Part shown: piece after piece, positions 1 to 12,899 of the stretch | Position numbering within the stretch: the first letter of the stretch is position 1 | How the letters are laid out: each line of letters starts with the position of its first letter | Assembly (NCBI GenBank): GCA_000708835.1 | Contig: DF237067.1 | Location: forward strand, 1-64,000 | Reading direction: 5' to 3' | Length of the DNA: 64,000 nucleotides | DNA from: Klebsormidium nitens | Taxonomy: Eukaryota; Plantae; Klebsormidiophyceae | The notes under the pieces: generated by a model | The model's database searches: none | The model's input: the letters and a program-made list of their open reading frames with translations, nothing else | What the model was told of the DNA's origin: nothing | Position numbers and translations under genes: made by a program

Positions 1-2721
1 AGACAGCTACGCAGTGCGTCGTTAAGACGTAACCACCGCCGTTTCGCTAACTCGCGGTCAACGAAATCCTGTCGAGAACAAGGTTAGGCTTAACCAGTCG
101 TAATCGTTACAAGAAGCGTCTGTAATAACTTCATAGAGCTTCTTCTCATCAGGAGTCCTAAGCAACGGAGCTTCAGAAAGACTACGTTTAAGCTTCTCAT
201 AAGCGTCCTGACACCGCCCAATCCAATCCCAGTTAACAGATTTTTTCGTCAAGTTCGTCGGAGACACTGCTATGGGAGAGTAGTGGTCTATGAAGTTGCG
301 AAAATAATTACAGAGCCCCAGAAACGAACGAACATCGTGAACGTTCTTGGACACAGGCCAAGAATGAACAACACTGACTTTCTTGGGATCATGACGAATG
401 CCCTGTGCACTGTACAATATGCCTGAAATCTGAATCTCCTTCTAAGAAAAGCGGGATTTAGCCTTTGTCACGTACAACTGGTCGCGATGCAGAACATCCA
501 TAACAAGACGCACATGCGGTTGATACACTCTTCCTCTCTGGACTTCGAGAAAATCATAATGTCGTCAATATACACGACAACAAACTTCTTCAGATAAGGC
601 GAGAAGATTGAATTCATTACAGTCTGAAACGTCGCCGGAGCATTCGTCAGCCCTCAATCAACACCTTAAATTGAAAGTGTCCGAAAGGCGTACGGAAAGC
701 TGTCTTCGGACGATCTTCCTCAAAAATCAGAATTTGATGGTGACCTAACGTCAGATTCAAAGAGATGAAGGACTGTGAACCACTTACAACATCTAGATCG
801 TCAATGCGAGGAATCGTACAGCGATTCTTTACAGTTATCGAGTTTAACGCTCGATAATCAATACACAGACGAAGACCTCGACCGTTAAGCTTAGGAACAA
901 ACAACACAGGCGCACCATACAAAGACTGGGAAACCTCCAGAATTCGGGCTTCAAGAAACGCGATGACCTGTTTATCCAACTCACGATATTCTAGCAGAGA
1001 GAAACGGTACATCCGCCGAAACGTAGGCGGATGCATGGCTTAGTAGGAATACTATGACCTTCTGCACGTTCAGAAGGCAGACCAACCGGAGGAGGATCCT
1101 GAAATACGTCAGAAAACTCATGCAGCAAATCAGAAACCCATTTCTTCTCACTTGAGACTGAGTCGCTCGGTTGGACTGGTTGGACGGTTGGCTCAGACAG
1201 TGTAGAGGCATAGCTCTTGGTTGCCCCCAATTACAGAGCCTGCTACAATAGCGGTAGAACACGTGGCAACGGTCTGGGTCAATCGACTTCAATGACGCCA
1301 AGTACACGCTTGCGCCACGCTTCACTTGAACCGCTTCAACGCCGCGTGCCAACAACACATTGGGATTAAACTTCTCATCATCGTCAGAACGCCGAACGAG
1401 GAAGTGGAGGACTACAAATAGTCAAATGTCTTTTCCCTTTCTGAATCGTGACACGACTCTCCCCATAATGTAGGATACACTTATACCTAGCCTAATCATG
1501 AACTCATTATCCATGATAAGATCAACCTCAAACAACAAGTTCATGACGTAACACTTCACAGGCTTCGATGAAATGCTCATAACTGAACATACACAGTTGC
1601 CTCACCCAGGACCTCGCTAACAACGTCATCTGCCAGACAAACTTTCTGAGCAGTAGGTCTTACCGTAATGCCTGTCTGCTTAGCAAATTTGGCCCCGAAA
1701 CTTGGCAAATTTGGCAGAGACGAAGTTCACTAACGTTCCAGAATCAAACAGGATGTTGGCTTTCTGAGCAGCTGCCTTACCAGAAAACATCATAAGTGGC
1801 AACTTAGCTGAGCCCTTTTGTGAGGCTGCGAGAATCTTCCCTGTTGACTCGGACCTGCTTCAGCAGACACTTTGTTAGCAATAGAAGCAAGATACAGAAC
1901 TCGCAACTTCTCAGGAGTTTGCACAACGGACCACGTATTATCTGACTGCAACTGTCTGTCCTGTACGCTTTCTTGCGGATATGCCCGTTGGTTGGCAACC
2001 ACTCCCGGTTTGCCGTGCTTAGTTAGTCCAACAATGTGTATTGCTTGTGTTGTGAACCAACCCACCTTTTGGAACTGTCGGCACAACACGAAATTCCTTC
2101 AACTTAATGGCAATGCAACCGGCATGCTAATCACGTACTAGAACACAAGTAGACATAGAAGTAGGGCTGTCAACAAATGCAGAGTGCATATGCCTAAGAC
2201 TGTTCAGTAACATCCTTAGCTGTACTCGCATTTATCCACAGATGCTTGCCGGCCATAGACGATGACAAAAAGACTGAGATCATGGACATACATCTGTAGA
2301 GATGGAATCTTCTGAACGTTGAATTCCCATTTCAAAGATCCGGGCCAGTAACATTTGAAATATTCAAGAAATCCTGTTTTGTCAGATCCAACACAGAGTC
2401 ACTCAGTGACTGGGCAACTTTCCTACATTGGCTAGTCTTTCTGAAAACCGTTCTTTGACTTCTTGTTGCCCTTCCGACTGGCCCTGGCCCTTGCCCTTGC
2501 TTCCACTAGGACCTGACCCTCTTCGCAGTCACGTTCAATATGGCCTGGCTTGTGACAGATATGGCACAGGCGGTTCTCCATATCGTGGGCATACTGCTCA
2601 TCACTGCATACTCAGCCAACTCATTCAGCGTGCCCCAACGCTGACCAGTTGAAGACGTACGGCACATCTCCCTCAGATTGGCCTAAAGACCAGATCGATA
2701 AGTTTCTCGATCTTAACGGCC

Positions 2722-4123
2722 TGCCATGCCGTGAGGAGCCGGTGCCGTAACACGTTGTGCGCGCGCGGCCGCGGTCCGGTACTAGTGTAAGGCGGGCGGC
2801 TGACATGTGTCATCCACGCGGAGGTTTCGAGGGTTCCGAGGCTCCGGTGGCCTGTCGAGTCCGCACGAGGGAGATCCCCCGACATAAGACGATAGCCAGT
2901 GACGAGGCTAGGTCACACGAGTAAGGCCACATGCTAGGGTTGACAGTGATTGACTCCCGACCGGTAGCCAGACCTCCGGTCGAGTGTAGATGTGGAGCCG
3001 GGTAGTTTCACCTCCGGTCCAGTGGTAGTGCTAGTATAACTACTTGCTTTTCGAGTAGTGTGACTCACTTCTCAAGTTGCAAGTTCTCCTCGAGCTTCCT
3101 TGTAAGGCCAATGGCGACCGAGCATGTAAGGACCTGAGCATCATGCCGTGGTGCATTGGTGTGGAGCTTCGTCTCCGCCGTCCGGTNNNNNNNNNNNNNN
3201 NNNNNNNNNNNNNNNNNNNNNNNNNNNNNNNNNNNNNNNNNNNNNNNNNNNNNNNNNNNNNNNNNNNNNNNNNNNNNNNNNNNNNNNNNNNNNNNNNNNN
3301 NNNNNNNNNNNNNNNNNNNNNNNNNNNNNNNNNNNNNNNNNNNNNNNNNNNNNNNNNNNNNNNNNNNNNNNNNNNNNNNNNNNNNNNNNNNNNNNNNNNN
3401 NNNNNNNNNNNNNNNNNNNNNNNNNNNNNNNNNNNNNNNNNNNNNNNNNNNNNNNNNNNNNNNNNNNNNNNNNNNNNNNNNNNNNNNNNNNNNNNNNNNN
3501 NNNNNNNNNNNNNNNNNNNNNNNNNNNNNNNNNNNNNNNNNNNNNNNNNNNNNNNNNNNNNNNNNNNNNNNNNNNNNNNNNNNNNNNNNNNNNNNNNNNN
3601 NNNNNNNNNNNNNNNNNNNNNNNNNNNNNNNNNNNNNNNNNNNNNNNNNNNNNNNNNNNNNNNNNNNNNNNNNNNNNNNNNNNNNNNNNNNNNNNNNNNN
3701 NNNNNNNNNNNNNNNNNNNNNNNNNNNNNNNNNNNNNNNNNNNNNNNNNNNNNNNNNNNNNNNNNNNNNNNNNNNNNNNNNNNNNNNNNNNNNNNNNNNN
3801 NNNNNNNNNNNNNNNNNNNNNNNNNNNNNNNNNNNNNNNNNNNNNNNNNNNNNNNNNNNNNNNNNNNNNNNNNNNNNNNNNNNNNNNNNNNNNNNNNNNN
3901 NNNNNNNNNNNNNNNNNNNNNNNNNNNNNNNNNNNNNNNNNNNNNNNNNNNNNNNNNNNNNNNNNNNNNNNNNNNNNNNNNNNNNNNNNNNNNNNNNNNN
4001 NNNNNNNNNNNNNNNNNNNNNNNNNNNNNNNNNNNNNNNNNNNNNNNNNNNNNCCGAGCTCAGAGTTCTATGCATTCTGCCCGGACCCGATGAGGACCGG
4101 CAATAGCCGAGTAGCGCACGGCA
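2722..4123. mobile_element. Nested insertion (solo LTR or collapsed LTR element) inside the Gypsy gag
   Basis: Starts TGCCATGCC (2722) and ends GCACGGCA (4123), i.e. TG..CA termini with imperfect inverted ends. Flanked by GGCC at 2718-2721 and 4124-4127. Removing it restores gag ...EITDEAVKIEK in frame. Confidence 0.8.
3187..4053. other. Assembly gap (867 N)
   Basis: Run of N in the sequence. Confidence 1.
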
Positions 4124-5620
4124 GGCCTCATCCGTAATCTCAGCACGCAGGTTGGTCATAGCCTGCTCAAACTCCACATTGTAGTCGTCAACACTCTTCG
4201 ACCCCTGGGACAACTTGATCCAGGTGTCCCAATAGTAGGACTGGATAGGGGTACGAAGACCATAGCCCTAATCATATTAGTCTCTCGGAAGAACTAACGA
4301 GCATTCCCAGCAAACCCTCCAGGGTTGGCTGCATTCCCAAGATACGCTCCAGGATTGGCTGCCAGCCATACCTCCCACTGGAACATCCAATCTAGGACCC
4401 GGGCTTCCCATTCGGGTAGGAAGACGCCAACCGGAGATAATCGGACATACTCCGCATTGGAGTAGCCGAAAGGTACTCCTCAACCATTGGCAACCATTGC
4501 CGAATATCCGGAACACTGCTCTCCTTGTTCTCGAACTTCGAGGGAGATGAGGCCTTGACGGCACCAGCAATATTGGCTGTAGCAGCAGCAACTTGCGTCG
4601 CATTAGCCACATTCTAAGCCTGTTGCAGCTGACCGGCCATCGCATTCATGCGAGCCGTATTACGGCTGTTCTGCTCCAACAGAACAGACAGTCTCGCTGC
4701 ATCACTTCCAGTGACACTGATAGCCTGAGCCTCGCAGGCAATCTGGGCTGCTTCGTTAGGAAGAGCTATCCTTGATATGCGTCGAACACAGCAACCGTAC
4801 AAGTCGCATAGTTCGGGGCTGGTGCCAAATGGGAACAACCACAGGAGGTACAACATGACGAACCGCAGCCATACTGATACCAGCCTCCGCTGTCAAATCA
4901 TACAGACTGACCCCTCACAGCCCTTCTAACCGGAGCCTACGTAAACCGCCAGAGAGCTCTAGACCGAGCAACCTGACTGTAAGTAGGTGCAAGCTCAACA
5001 CTCTCAGAAGGCAAAACAGGAATAGTTTCCCAATCCTCGGAGACAGCTCAGACTTGCTTCCCTGGTCCCCAAAAACCTGCTCCTTCCCCTTGCTTGCAGG
5101 AGTAAAAGCCGAAGCCTCCGGACTGAGTGTACTTGTGGAAGGCTTCGCAACCTCCCCTTCAAAGCGGCCAATTCCTAACTCCGAGATGCTGAAACACAGA
5201 TCCGTAAGTAATTCGGTCGAGAATAGACGCGAGGCGCTCCTCCTTCTATTGAAAGTGGGTCCATGTACCCACATCCAATCTCGCAAGAGATCAGAACTCT
5301 ACCCACTGATATCACTGTGACGGTTGGCCAGCATCAGCAAAGTGCTGGCGGGATCATACTACATACACTAACGGCAGCCATGTGCGGAAACCATGGTTGC
5401 AGGCTTTCTTGGACGAAAGCGCAGCTCTGTAAAAATGTTGTCCTTCACTGTCAAGACAGTTCGGCTTGCTGGTTGGGACTTGACTTCAAGGATTCCCGCG
5501 CAAGTTGAACCAAGTCTTGTTTCCGAGTCGTTCGCATTCAGTGAAGTCTTGAGTCATGGAGGGGCAGTCTCAAGCGCACTCGGGGTCTGCATCCAATCAT
5601 TTCCAAGTCCTCCGTCCAGC

Positions 5621-5924
5621 TGTTGAGGGAGCTTACCTACGACCGCATAGTACTGAGAGCACAGTGCGCCACGCCAAGCAATCCTGGTCATGACAGCGAC
5701 TGACGACTTGTTTCAAGTTTAGGACTGAACAGAACTGAATAGCACTAAACATCATCATTGCCCACCATACATCTTAGCCAGTGGCATAATTGCAATCAAT
5801 TATGTCACATCAGTAACTGGCCACATGCCAACATACTGGCAAACCCCAAAGGTTAACTGCGATTGTGCGGCCAGTTAGACTTAACTATAGTCCAATCGTC
5901 ACACCTTTTCAAATGGTATCAGAG
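5621..5924 (+). mobile_element. Possible orphan LTR plus tRNA-iMet primer binding site
   Basis: TTTTCA (CA at 5910-5911), 2-nt spacer, then TGGTATCAGAG (5914-5924). Candidate LTR start TGTTG at 5621 is a guess. No gag follows. Confidence 0.4.
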
Positions 5925-6518
5925 AAATGCTATGAGATACAATCTTGTCATGGCTATATATGAGGTTTATGCCCGTCAAGGGGAGGAAGAAAAGAGCAAA
6001 CGTGGTCAACAAGATGCATGCACGAAGTCGTGTAGATAGCCTGTCGGTCATATAGCCCACAGCAGAAAACTCGCCGAATCACGAATGCCAGTTAGCAGTC
6101 TCCATACAATGAGCTGCTTGAGCCGGGCCAGAATATTACGAGCAAAAAACAGGTCAACATGTTGAATGAAGGACTCATGTTCCCATTGGTTGCAATGCGA
6201 ACTTAGCTACAATGTATGCCAAGTCCCCATTCTTGTTGCCCATTCAACTTGCAATAGTTTGGCCGCAAATATCAAGTCGAGCACGTTAACAATGACATGA
6301 CAGTCCTACGTAATCAATTTTTGAAAGCAAACTTCTTAGACTGAATGCTGCATAATCTGCTTGCTAAAATTTGTCACGATATGCCAGAGCGGCCTTTGCA
6401 AAGTTTGACCTGTCCACCCTGTTTGATCTTCATCGGCTAACTAGGTTCTACTTTGAAATTTACCCGAGGAAAGTGCTGCCCTTCTGACTATGATACGCCT
6501 CCCTCTCCTCTCGATCTG

Positions 6519-8482
6519 CTAAAAGACATCAGGATGAAACCTTCCTGGCATACTGTTTTGCTCTTGAGCTTTCCTAAGGTGCAGCGATAGGGCATAGTTG
6601 CTGACCTGTAAAGAAAAAAGTCAAACCTTGATCGACTGGCAGTTGCTTAAGCTGACATTACGAAAGCACCATACAAACCTGACTCGAGCAGATGAGAATG
6701 CACCCATGAATCCTTCAATCCTCCAAAAACAGTAGAAGATAATGCCCCGGGTTTGAGACCAAAAACCACAACTTCCATTGACATCCAGGGTGCCTCCTGT
6801 AAGCCCAGCGGCGTTGCCCCAGGCTGGTCTGCTGGGCCTCACCTCGAGCGTGCGCAGCTGTTCCTGGTACTGCTGCAGCGCCTGCCGCGCGGCCGCCAGC
6901 TCCTTGCCCCGCTCCTCCGCCTCCTGCTGCCGCGCGTTCAGCATCTGCACTGCGCGCTTCAGGATGTGGTTGTCCTTGCTCAGCGCCGCCACATGCTCCT
7001 TTAGCGCGGCGTTCTCACGGCAGGCTGCCTCCGCGCCGCTTTCCGCGCGCTGCCGCACCAGCGCCTCAAACTCGCCGAGCACCTTGGCCCCGCGCGCCCG
7101 CGCATCGTCCATGCTGGCGGCGGCCGCCATCTCCGCCACCACCAGCTCCACCCACTCCGCCCCGGCACGAGGAGACACGCCAGAGGGGCAGGCAGGGGCC
7201 TCCGCGGCAGGCGGGGAGGCAGGCCTCGCAGCGGACTCTGCAGCCACATGACCAGGCATAAGCATGGCAGGTGCAAGGAGAATGAAAGGTCACACAAATA
7301 CACAAGCAGAAGCCCTCCTCTTGAGAGATTCTCGACAATTTGGAGGTTGACATGTCAATGACGACACCAGAGTCAAGCAACAGAAAGACGGACAACTTGG
7401 AAGCAAAAGTTGCTCTTCATGTTGCATACTTGTCTTTTTCTACCTCTGCTGTGCAAGATCTTCAGAGACTGACAAAAATGTAAATTAGAGCATACCCCAG
7501 AACGAAGGGGGACTCAACAACAATGGCAATAGCAAAATGTTGCAAAAGCAAAGCAGACTGCTTGTCCTTTCCAAGGTCAGGACGCATATGGTCCGAGTCA
7601 CTTACCTTGCGTGGTTCCTCTGACGTCTGTGCTGTGTGTTGCCCCCTTTTCAGCAGGTCCAGGTGCCGGCGCCGCTGCCTCTGCTTGCGAGGAGAGGCGC
7701 AGCTGCGTGAGGCACTGGATGGCGGCGTCGACGTTGTTCTCACACGTCTGCAGCACCTTCACCAGCACCTGCACACCGCGCACCACCACAGCCGTCATGC
7801 GCGGCGCAGAAGCAACTAGGAGGGGGGCCAGCCAGAGGGCATGCAGCAGCCGTAAGGATGCCCAGCCAAACTTGACAGAGGCTGCTAAACAAGGTTGGAC
7901 ATCTGCAAGCAGCATTTGTGAGCGAACTACCCAATGCAGCTCTAGTACAAAGACCCGAAAGCGCAACTGCTTTAGGACCCAAACCCTGCAGACTGCGGAC
8001 GAGATCAGGCATTTGCTCCAAAGGAAGACTTGTATACAAAGCAGAGCAGAGAAAGGGAAGAGGAAGGGAAATCAGGGTTCCCGCTGAGCAGAAGCACAAC
8101 GGAGAATCAAGCGAGGACCATCTTTTGTGGCTCAAGGCCGTGCGCTCAAACTGTCTCACATAATCTTTCATTGAACCAGAAACGCAAAAAGCGGCAAAGC
8201 TCCCACAGCATGACAAGAGGGAGAGGCTCCACAGGCTAGGGAGGGTACCTGAGTGTCCATCTTGGGAAAGTGCCTGCGCAGTTGGTCTACTGCGTCATGC
8301 ACGCTACCCCCTGGCCCCGCCCCTGTGCCCCCCCCCTCTGGGCCACTTGTAAGGGGTGGGGACGGAGGGAAGCGGTGTGCGGGAGAGCCCCCGTAGCGCA
8401 CGCGCTTGGACGCCTTGGGTGGAGACCAGTCAGCAGGAGAGTCTTCAAAGAAAGACCGCTTCCCGCAAACGACCGCAGACAT
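6519..8482 (-). CDS. CUE domain (ubiquitin-binding) protein, plant family; 4 exons
   Basis: N-terminus MSAVVCGKRSFFED; CUE-like LRRHFPKMDTQ|VLVKVLQTCENNVDAAIQCLTQLRL; WVELVVAEM..DARARGAKVL; terminal exon VSNYALSLHLRKAQEQNSMPGRFHPDVF* (stop 6519-6521). GT-AG introns. Confidence 0.9.
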
Positions 8483-10396
8483 CAATCCTGGTTGTACAAC
8501 CCCACCGAACCCTTGACGCGGAGATGTGTAAGCGGCAACACGAGCATGGAGCCGCAGGTTTCCTCAACTTTCTTCTTTGCTTGCCAAAAGGCCGCCAATC
8601 TTTCCAAGCTCCCCCAGCGGCTGGCCAACGCAAGCACAGGCGTCCTAACTTCAGAAGCGACTTCAGAAGTCTGAAGGCGGGGCTGCAAGGCACCGTTTTG
8701 AGGGCGTTTTGGACAATGGAAGCGCCTTTGCCTACTGCCGGAGACTTAAAGTTGCTGGATCGTCTGCTGCACAGCACCGACTCGGATGGCGTGGGCAGGA
8801 CGACTCCAGTCTAGTAACCCAGGCAGCATCGAAGGCAATAACCCCGATTTGCCGGGTCAGTTTCCTGAGTGCCTGTCGCCTCAGCCCGGGGTTCTGATAT
8901 CAATAGGTCATCCTTTACCAAGCACCCAAGCTCCGAAAAGTGCGGTCGGTCGAGTTCATTCGTTAGAAAAAATCCTATGGATACACCCTTCGGGCTGTAA
9001 AATCTGAGGTTAATAGTTATACTTGGATGTAGGCCGTTGGATGGTGCGAATGTCAGCAAACTCGAATTTTGGACCATCGATTCGTCTGTTCTTGACGATT
9101 TTCTTGACTCTTTTAATAATTGAGGCTGGGTACATAGATCTCAAGTGGATTTGTGGTGTACACGAAGAATTTCAGACCGAAAGTCTTGAATGTCGGCACG
9201 TGAATTTGAGCGGAAATTATATAATACCCACAATCTCGGCAGATTAGACACTGAGACTCTGGCGCAAGGTAGCCCATCGACCGGGACAAAACATGGATTG
9301 GAAACTCACCGACTTTTGCGGTATCAATGATTGGCAGAGCTTGTACTCCCACTACGTGTAACAGACTGTACCTTGTACATCCCTGAGTGAAATAGAGGTT
9401 GTTGATGGGACCTTTACCGGAATTTTCGCACGCGCAACGCATGACCCAGGTTTCACATTTTTTCCACGTTCCCCAGTTCGAATCCAGATCGATTGGTGGT
9501 GGGTCACCGTGGGACTCGGAGCTGGAGCCTCAGGTAGGCGCCATCGAGATTCGAAACATGATTCCTCGCGAGGCAAAGTTTAACCTGGCACAAACCCGAC
9601 TTGCGGATCGCCCGGGCCAATGAACTTTGAAGTTAATTGGAGAAGACAGAATCTGATTCGAAACGGAATCTCAAACCAAGGTTTTAAACCAGGCCCTCGA
9701 CGACCCCTCGTCATTGCACTGTTCAAAGTGACTGATGTTGAACTTGAAGGGGGGATCCCGGATCCTGGAGGCAGAGACTCAGACTCAGAGGGGCACAAAC
9801 GGCGCGCCATTACACAGGGCACAGGGCCATCAGGACGGCCATCACGGTGATGAAGCATAATTGTGAGGGGGCTGGTGAGTTGGTGGCGGCTCCTACTACT
9901 AGTATCAGCGGGCTTGTGAGAATCAAGCAAGAGGAAGTGCGAGTACACCGCGTCTCTGTGGCGTCCATCTTACCCTCGTTGATAATGAGCAAGGCAGCCT
10001 GATCGGAGCAGTTTATGGGTTGGTCCACAGCATTGCAACAATCCCCTATTCGCTACTCACAGTTTTGTGGAGCTGTGCCTGAGAATTGTCAACAGAGGAT
10101 TGGCGCTGCAAGAGCTGGGTGCTGTCTTCCCTCTCGAAGTGCACAAGCACGCAAACACTTGTGGGCTCGCGCAGCTGAGGGCCGCCCCTGGTCCAGGAGA
10201 CCGGCCCCACAGTGACACAGAGCCGGGCAGAGTGGTTGCACGCACTGACTGGTCACAGACTCGCACAGATGGGGGCAACTTGAAAGCACTGGACAGTGTT
10301 CCCCAGCGGTGCCCTTTCCCCGCTCATTTGACTGCCCCCATCTTTGCCCGTCAGTGGCGGACCCCGCAGAATTCGATTGTGCGGCGCACAGCCGCC

Positions 10397-12899
10397 ATGG
10401 CCTACGGCGCTGATCAGATTTGGGTGGCGCTGTCGCTGACGATGGTGGGGGGCCTCGCCACCGCCGTAGGTGAGTACCGTGACAACTGCAGCTGCACAGC
10501 TTGCCCTTCTGAGCGTCCGCTTGTGGCCTGCTCCCTGGGGCTCATCTGTCCAAGTCACTGCTTCTCATAACCACCCCAAAGGAAGGTTTGACAATCAGTG
10601 CCGTCCTCGTTTTGCCTCTGCGTTCCGCTGAGCGTGCTGCCCCGTGCAGGCGGCCTGCTGGTGGTCCTCCAGCCCACCCCCGACGTGCGTCGCCTGGGCG
10701 TGATGCAAGGCCTCGCGGCGGGCCTCATGCTGTGCCTCAGCTTCTTTGACCTGCTGCCGGGGGCCATCCACAAGATTGGCTTCAAGCTGGCCAACCTCTG
10801 GGTGAGGGCCCTGCGCCCTCTTCACTTCTCTCAAGACGCACTTTCCCTGAGCAGGTCTTTATTTGACTTTTTCAGACAGTGGTTCCTGCCTGTGTGTGAT
10901 CCAAAGAGATGAAGATCTCGAAAAGTGAGCGCTGTACCAGCCAGGTTCGAGGTGCGCAGTCTGCTGGGTGAGGCTACAGGTTAGACGGCATCGTATCCGA
11001 TTTGCGGATTACGAGGGGAGGAGCTCTACTCAGAGCCCTTACTATGCGGGTCTCAGCATTCAAATGATGGTCCTATATTCCCCAAATTCTCGGCACAGCT
11101 TGTAAGAGTCAGGGTGGTGTACATGCCCTCCATCCTGCGCCCTCCTTGTCTGGTCTTCACAGCAAGCGCCGCTGGTGTCCGTGTGCAGTTCTTTGCTGGA
11201 GTGCTCTTCTTCTGGGCGGTGGTCCAGTTCATCCCCGAGCCGAGCCTGGACCAGCTGGCCGGCGCCGATGAAGAAGAAGAAGAAGCCCCCCGCAGCCGGG
11301 GCGTGCAGGATGGGGCAGACATGCAGGGGGCGGCAGTCGCAGACGGAGGGGACGCAGGTGGGGGCAACGCTGGCACACCAGTAGGGAAGTCACATGTGTG
11401 GTGGCTGCGAGTCAAACGAGCCTTCGTTTGGCCAGCATTTTGCTGCAGACCCTGTTCGTGATGTGTCGCCCTTGGCCGACTGCGTCGCCCGCCCTCCCTC
11501 ATGCCTGCTTCTGTGCGCTTGCCGCAGGGCTGCGCCGGCGCCGTGGCCCGGATGCCCCTGCCGCAGAGCGGCCATCGCTGAGCCCGCCCCCCGACAAGAA
11601 GCCCGCCTTTGGGCGGCATCGCGTCCTGTACAGCGGCATTATCACAGCCATAGGTACGCACAGCGCTGACCGGGCCCACCCCTGCATTGCAGCCTGCTGG
11701 CCAAAGCATGTATTTCCGTCCAAAGAGGCCCCCGCTGCTCATGCCCCGATCTAGAAGCCATGCCGTTCGGCAAATTCTTTTTTCCTGACCAGTGCTGTCG
11801 TGAGCGCTTTACTGGCCCGTTCCTGTGTAGGGATCAGCCTGCACAACTTCCCAGAGGGCATTGCCGTCTTCTTGGGCTCGCTCAAGGTGAGCCGAGAACC
11901 CTCAGTCAGTCCCCCCCCCAAACCCTCGGGGATCGTTGGCCACACACGCGCTCCTCGCTTCCTCACACGCCTGCTCCCTCCGGATGCATATTGACCGCTG
12001 CCTGTGCCCCGTGTGTACCTACTCTCTGCCCCGTTGCACTTGCGGTGCAGGGCCTACGGGTGGGGCTGACTCTGGCGGTGGCCATTGCGCTGCACAACAT
12101 CCCGGAGGGCGTCGCTGTGGCCCTGCCCATCTACTATGGCACCGGCTCGCGCGCTAAGGCCTTTTGGCTGGCCGCCTTCTCCGGTCTCGCGGAGCCCCTG
12201 GCTGTCGTTGCCGTTGGTCAGAGCCCCCCCCGCCCCACCTGCTCCTCTACCCCCCACTGTTCGTCCCTGATCTGCCGGTGGCCCCCATCGACGTGTCCTG
12301 CTGAGCCCCTTCGAGTTCGTCTTTCCGCCCCCAAGTCGGTCTGTCTGCTGCGGACCCTACTCTCGGGTGTGCCGCTCCTCACGTGCCTCCGTGCTGGCTG
12401 CGTGCAGCGGTGCTGTTTCCGTCGCAACTGTCGGAGGAGACGATCGAGGGCCTGCTGGCGGCGGTGGGCGGCATCATGGCCTTCCTGGTGCTGCACGAGA
12501 TGCTGCCCCTCGCCTTTGCGTACGCCGGCCACAAGCCCGCCGTCGTGGCTGTCTTCGTCGGCATGGCCGCCATGAGCCTCAGGTGCGGCCCCATCTCCGT
12601 CACCCTGTATTCCGTACGTTCTCTTGCTTCCCGGCCTCGTGAAAGCGGTAGATGCCCACCTCAACTGAGCACGCATAACGAGAGGCACCTCGCCTGGGGC
12701 ACGATTGTCAAGGTGTCTCTGCAAGTTTGGCTGGCCACACGCAATCGCGGCGAGGTGGGTAGCCCGCACAGCTTCCGCCCCGCACCAACGTTTTTGCTCC
12801 TGCCGCCCCTCATGCAATCACGACAAGGTACTCATCTCGTCTTTGTTGATGTGCAGCTTGTGGTTCTTGGGGATTGCTCTTCCGCCGGAGCTCGCTTAA
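10397..12899 (+). CDS. ZTP29: ZIP-family zinc/metal transporter, ZTP29-like; multi-exon
   Basis: Exons give WVALSLTMVGGLATAVG, MQGLAAGLMLCLSFFDLL, RVLYSGIITAIG|ISLHNFPEGIAVFLGSLK, LAVAIALHNIPEGVAVALPIY, SGLAEPLAV and GGIMAFLVLHEMLPLAFAY. Both HNxPEG metal motifs are present. Confidence 0.9.

Larger units (their letters stand above)
1..4880 (-). mobile_element. Degenerate Ty3/Gypsy LTR retrotransposon (gag-PR-RT-RH order; runs off the window start; upper boundary uncertain)
   Basis: Minus-strand translation gives gag fragments (4277-4856, 2620-2717), zinc knuckle CHICHKPGHIERDC (2525-2566), protease ILFDSG (~1737-1754), RT motifs LRLCIDYRALN, KTAFRTPFGHF and VVYIDD (561-572), and RNase H start EVITDAS (~110). 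In-frame stops (TAG at 4614-4616) and frameshifts (~650) show decay. Confidence 0.93.

Noticed and set aside
3065-4213. Four 316-382 aa ORFs in the track
   Set aside because: Artefacts of translating through the N gap.
8648-8676. ACTTCAGAAG repeated twice upstream of the CUE gene, suggesting a heat-shock element
   Set aside because: TTC-GAA spacing is 1 nt rather than the nGAAnnTTCn register.
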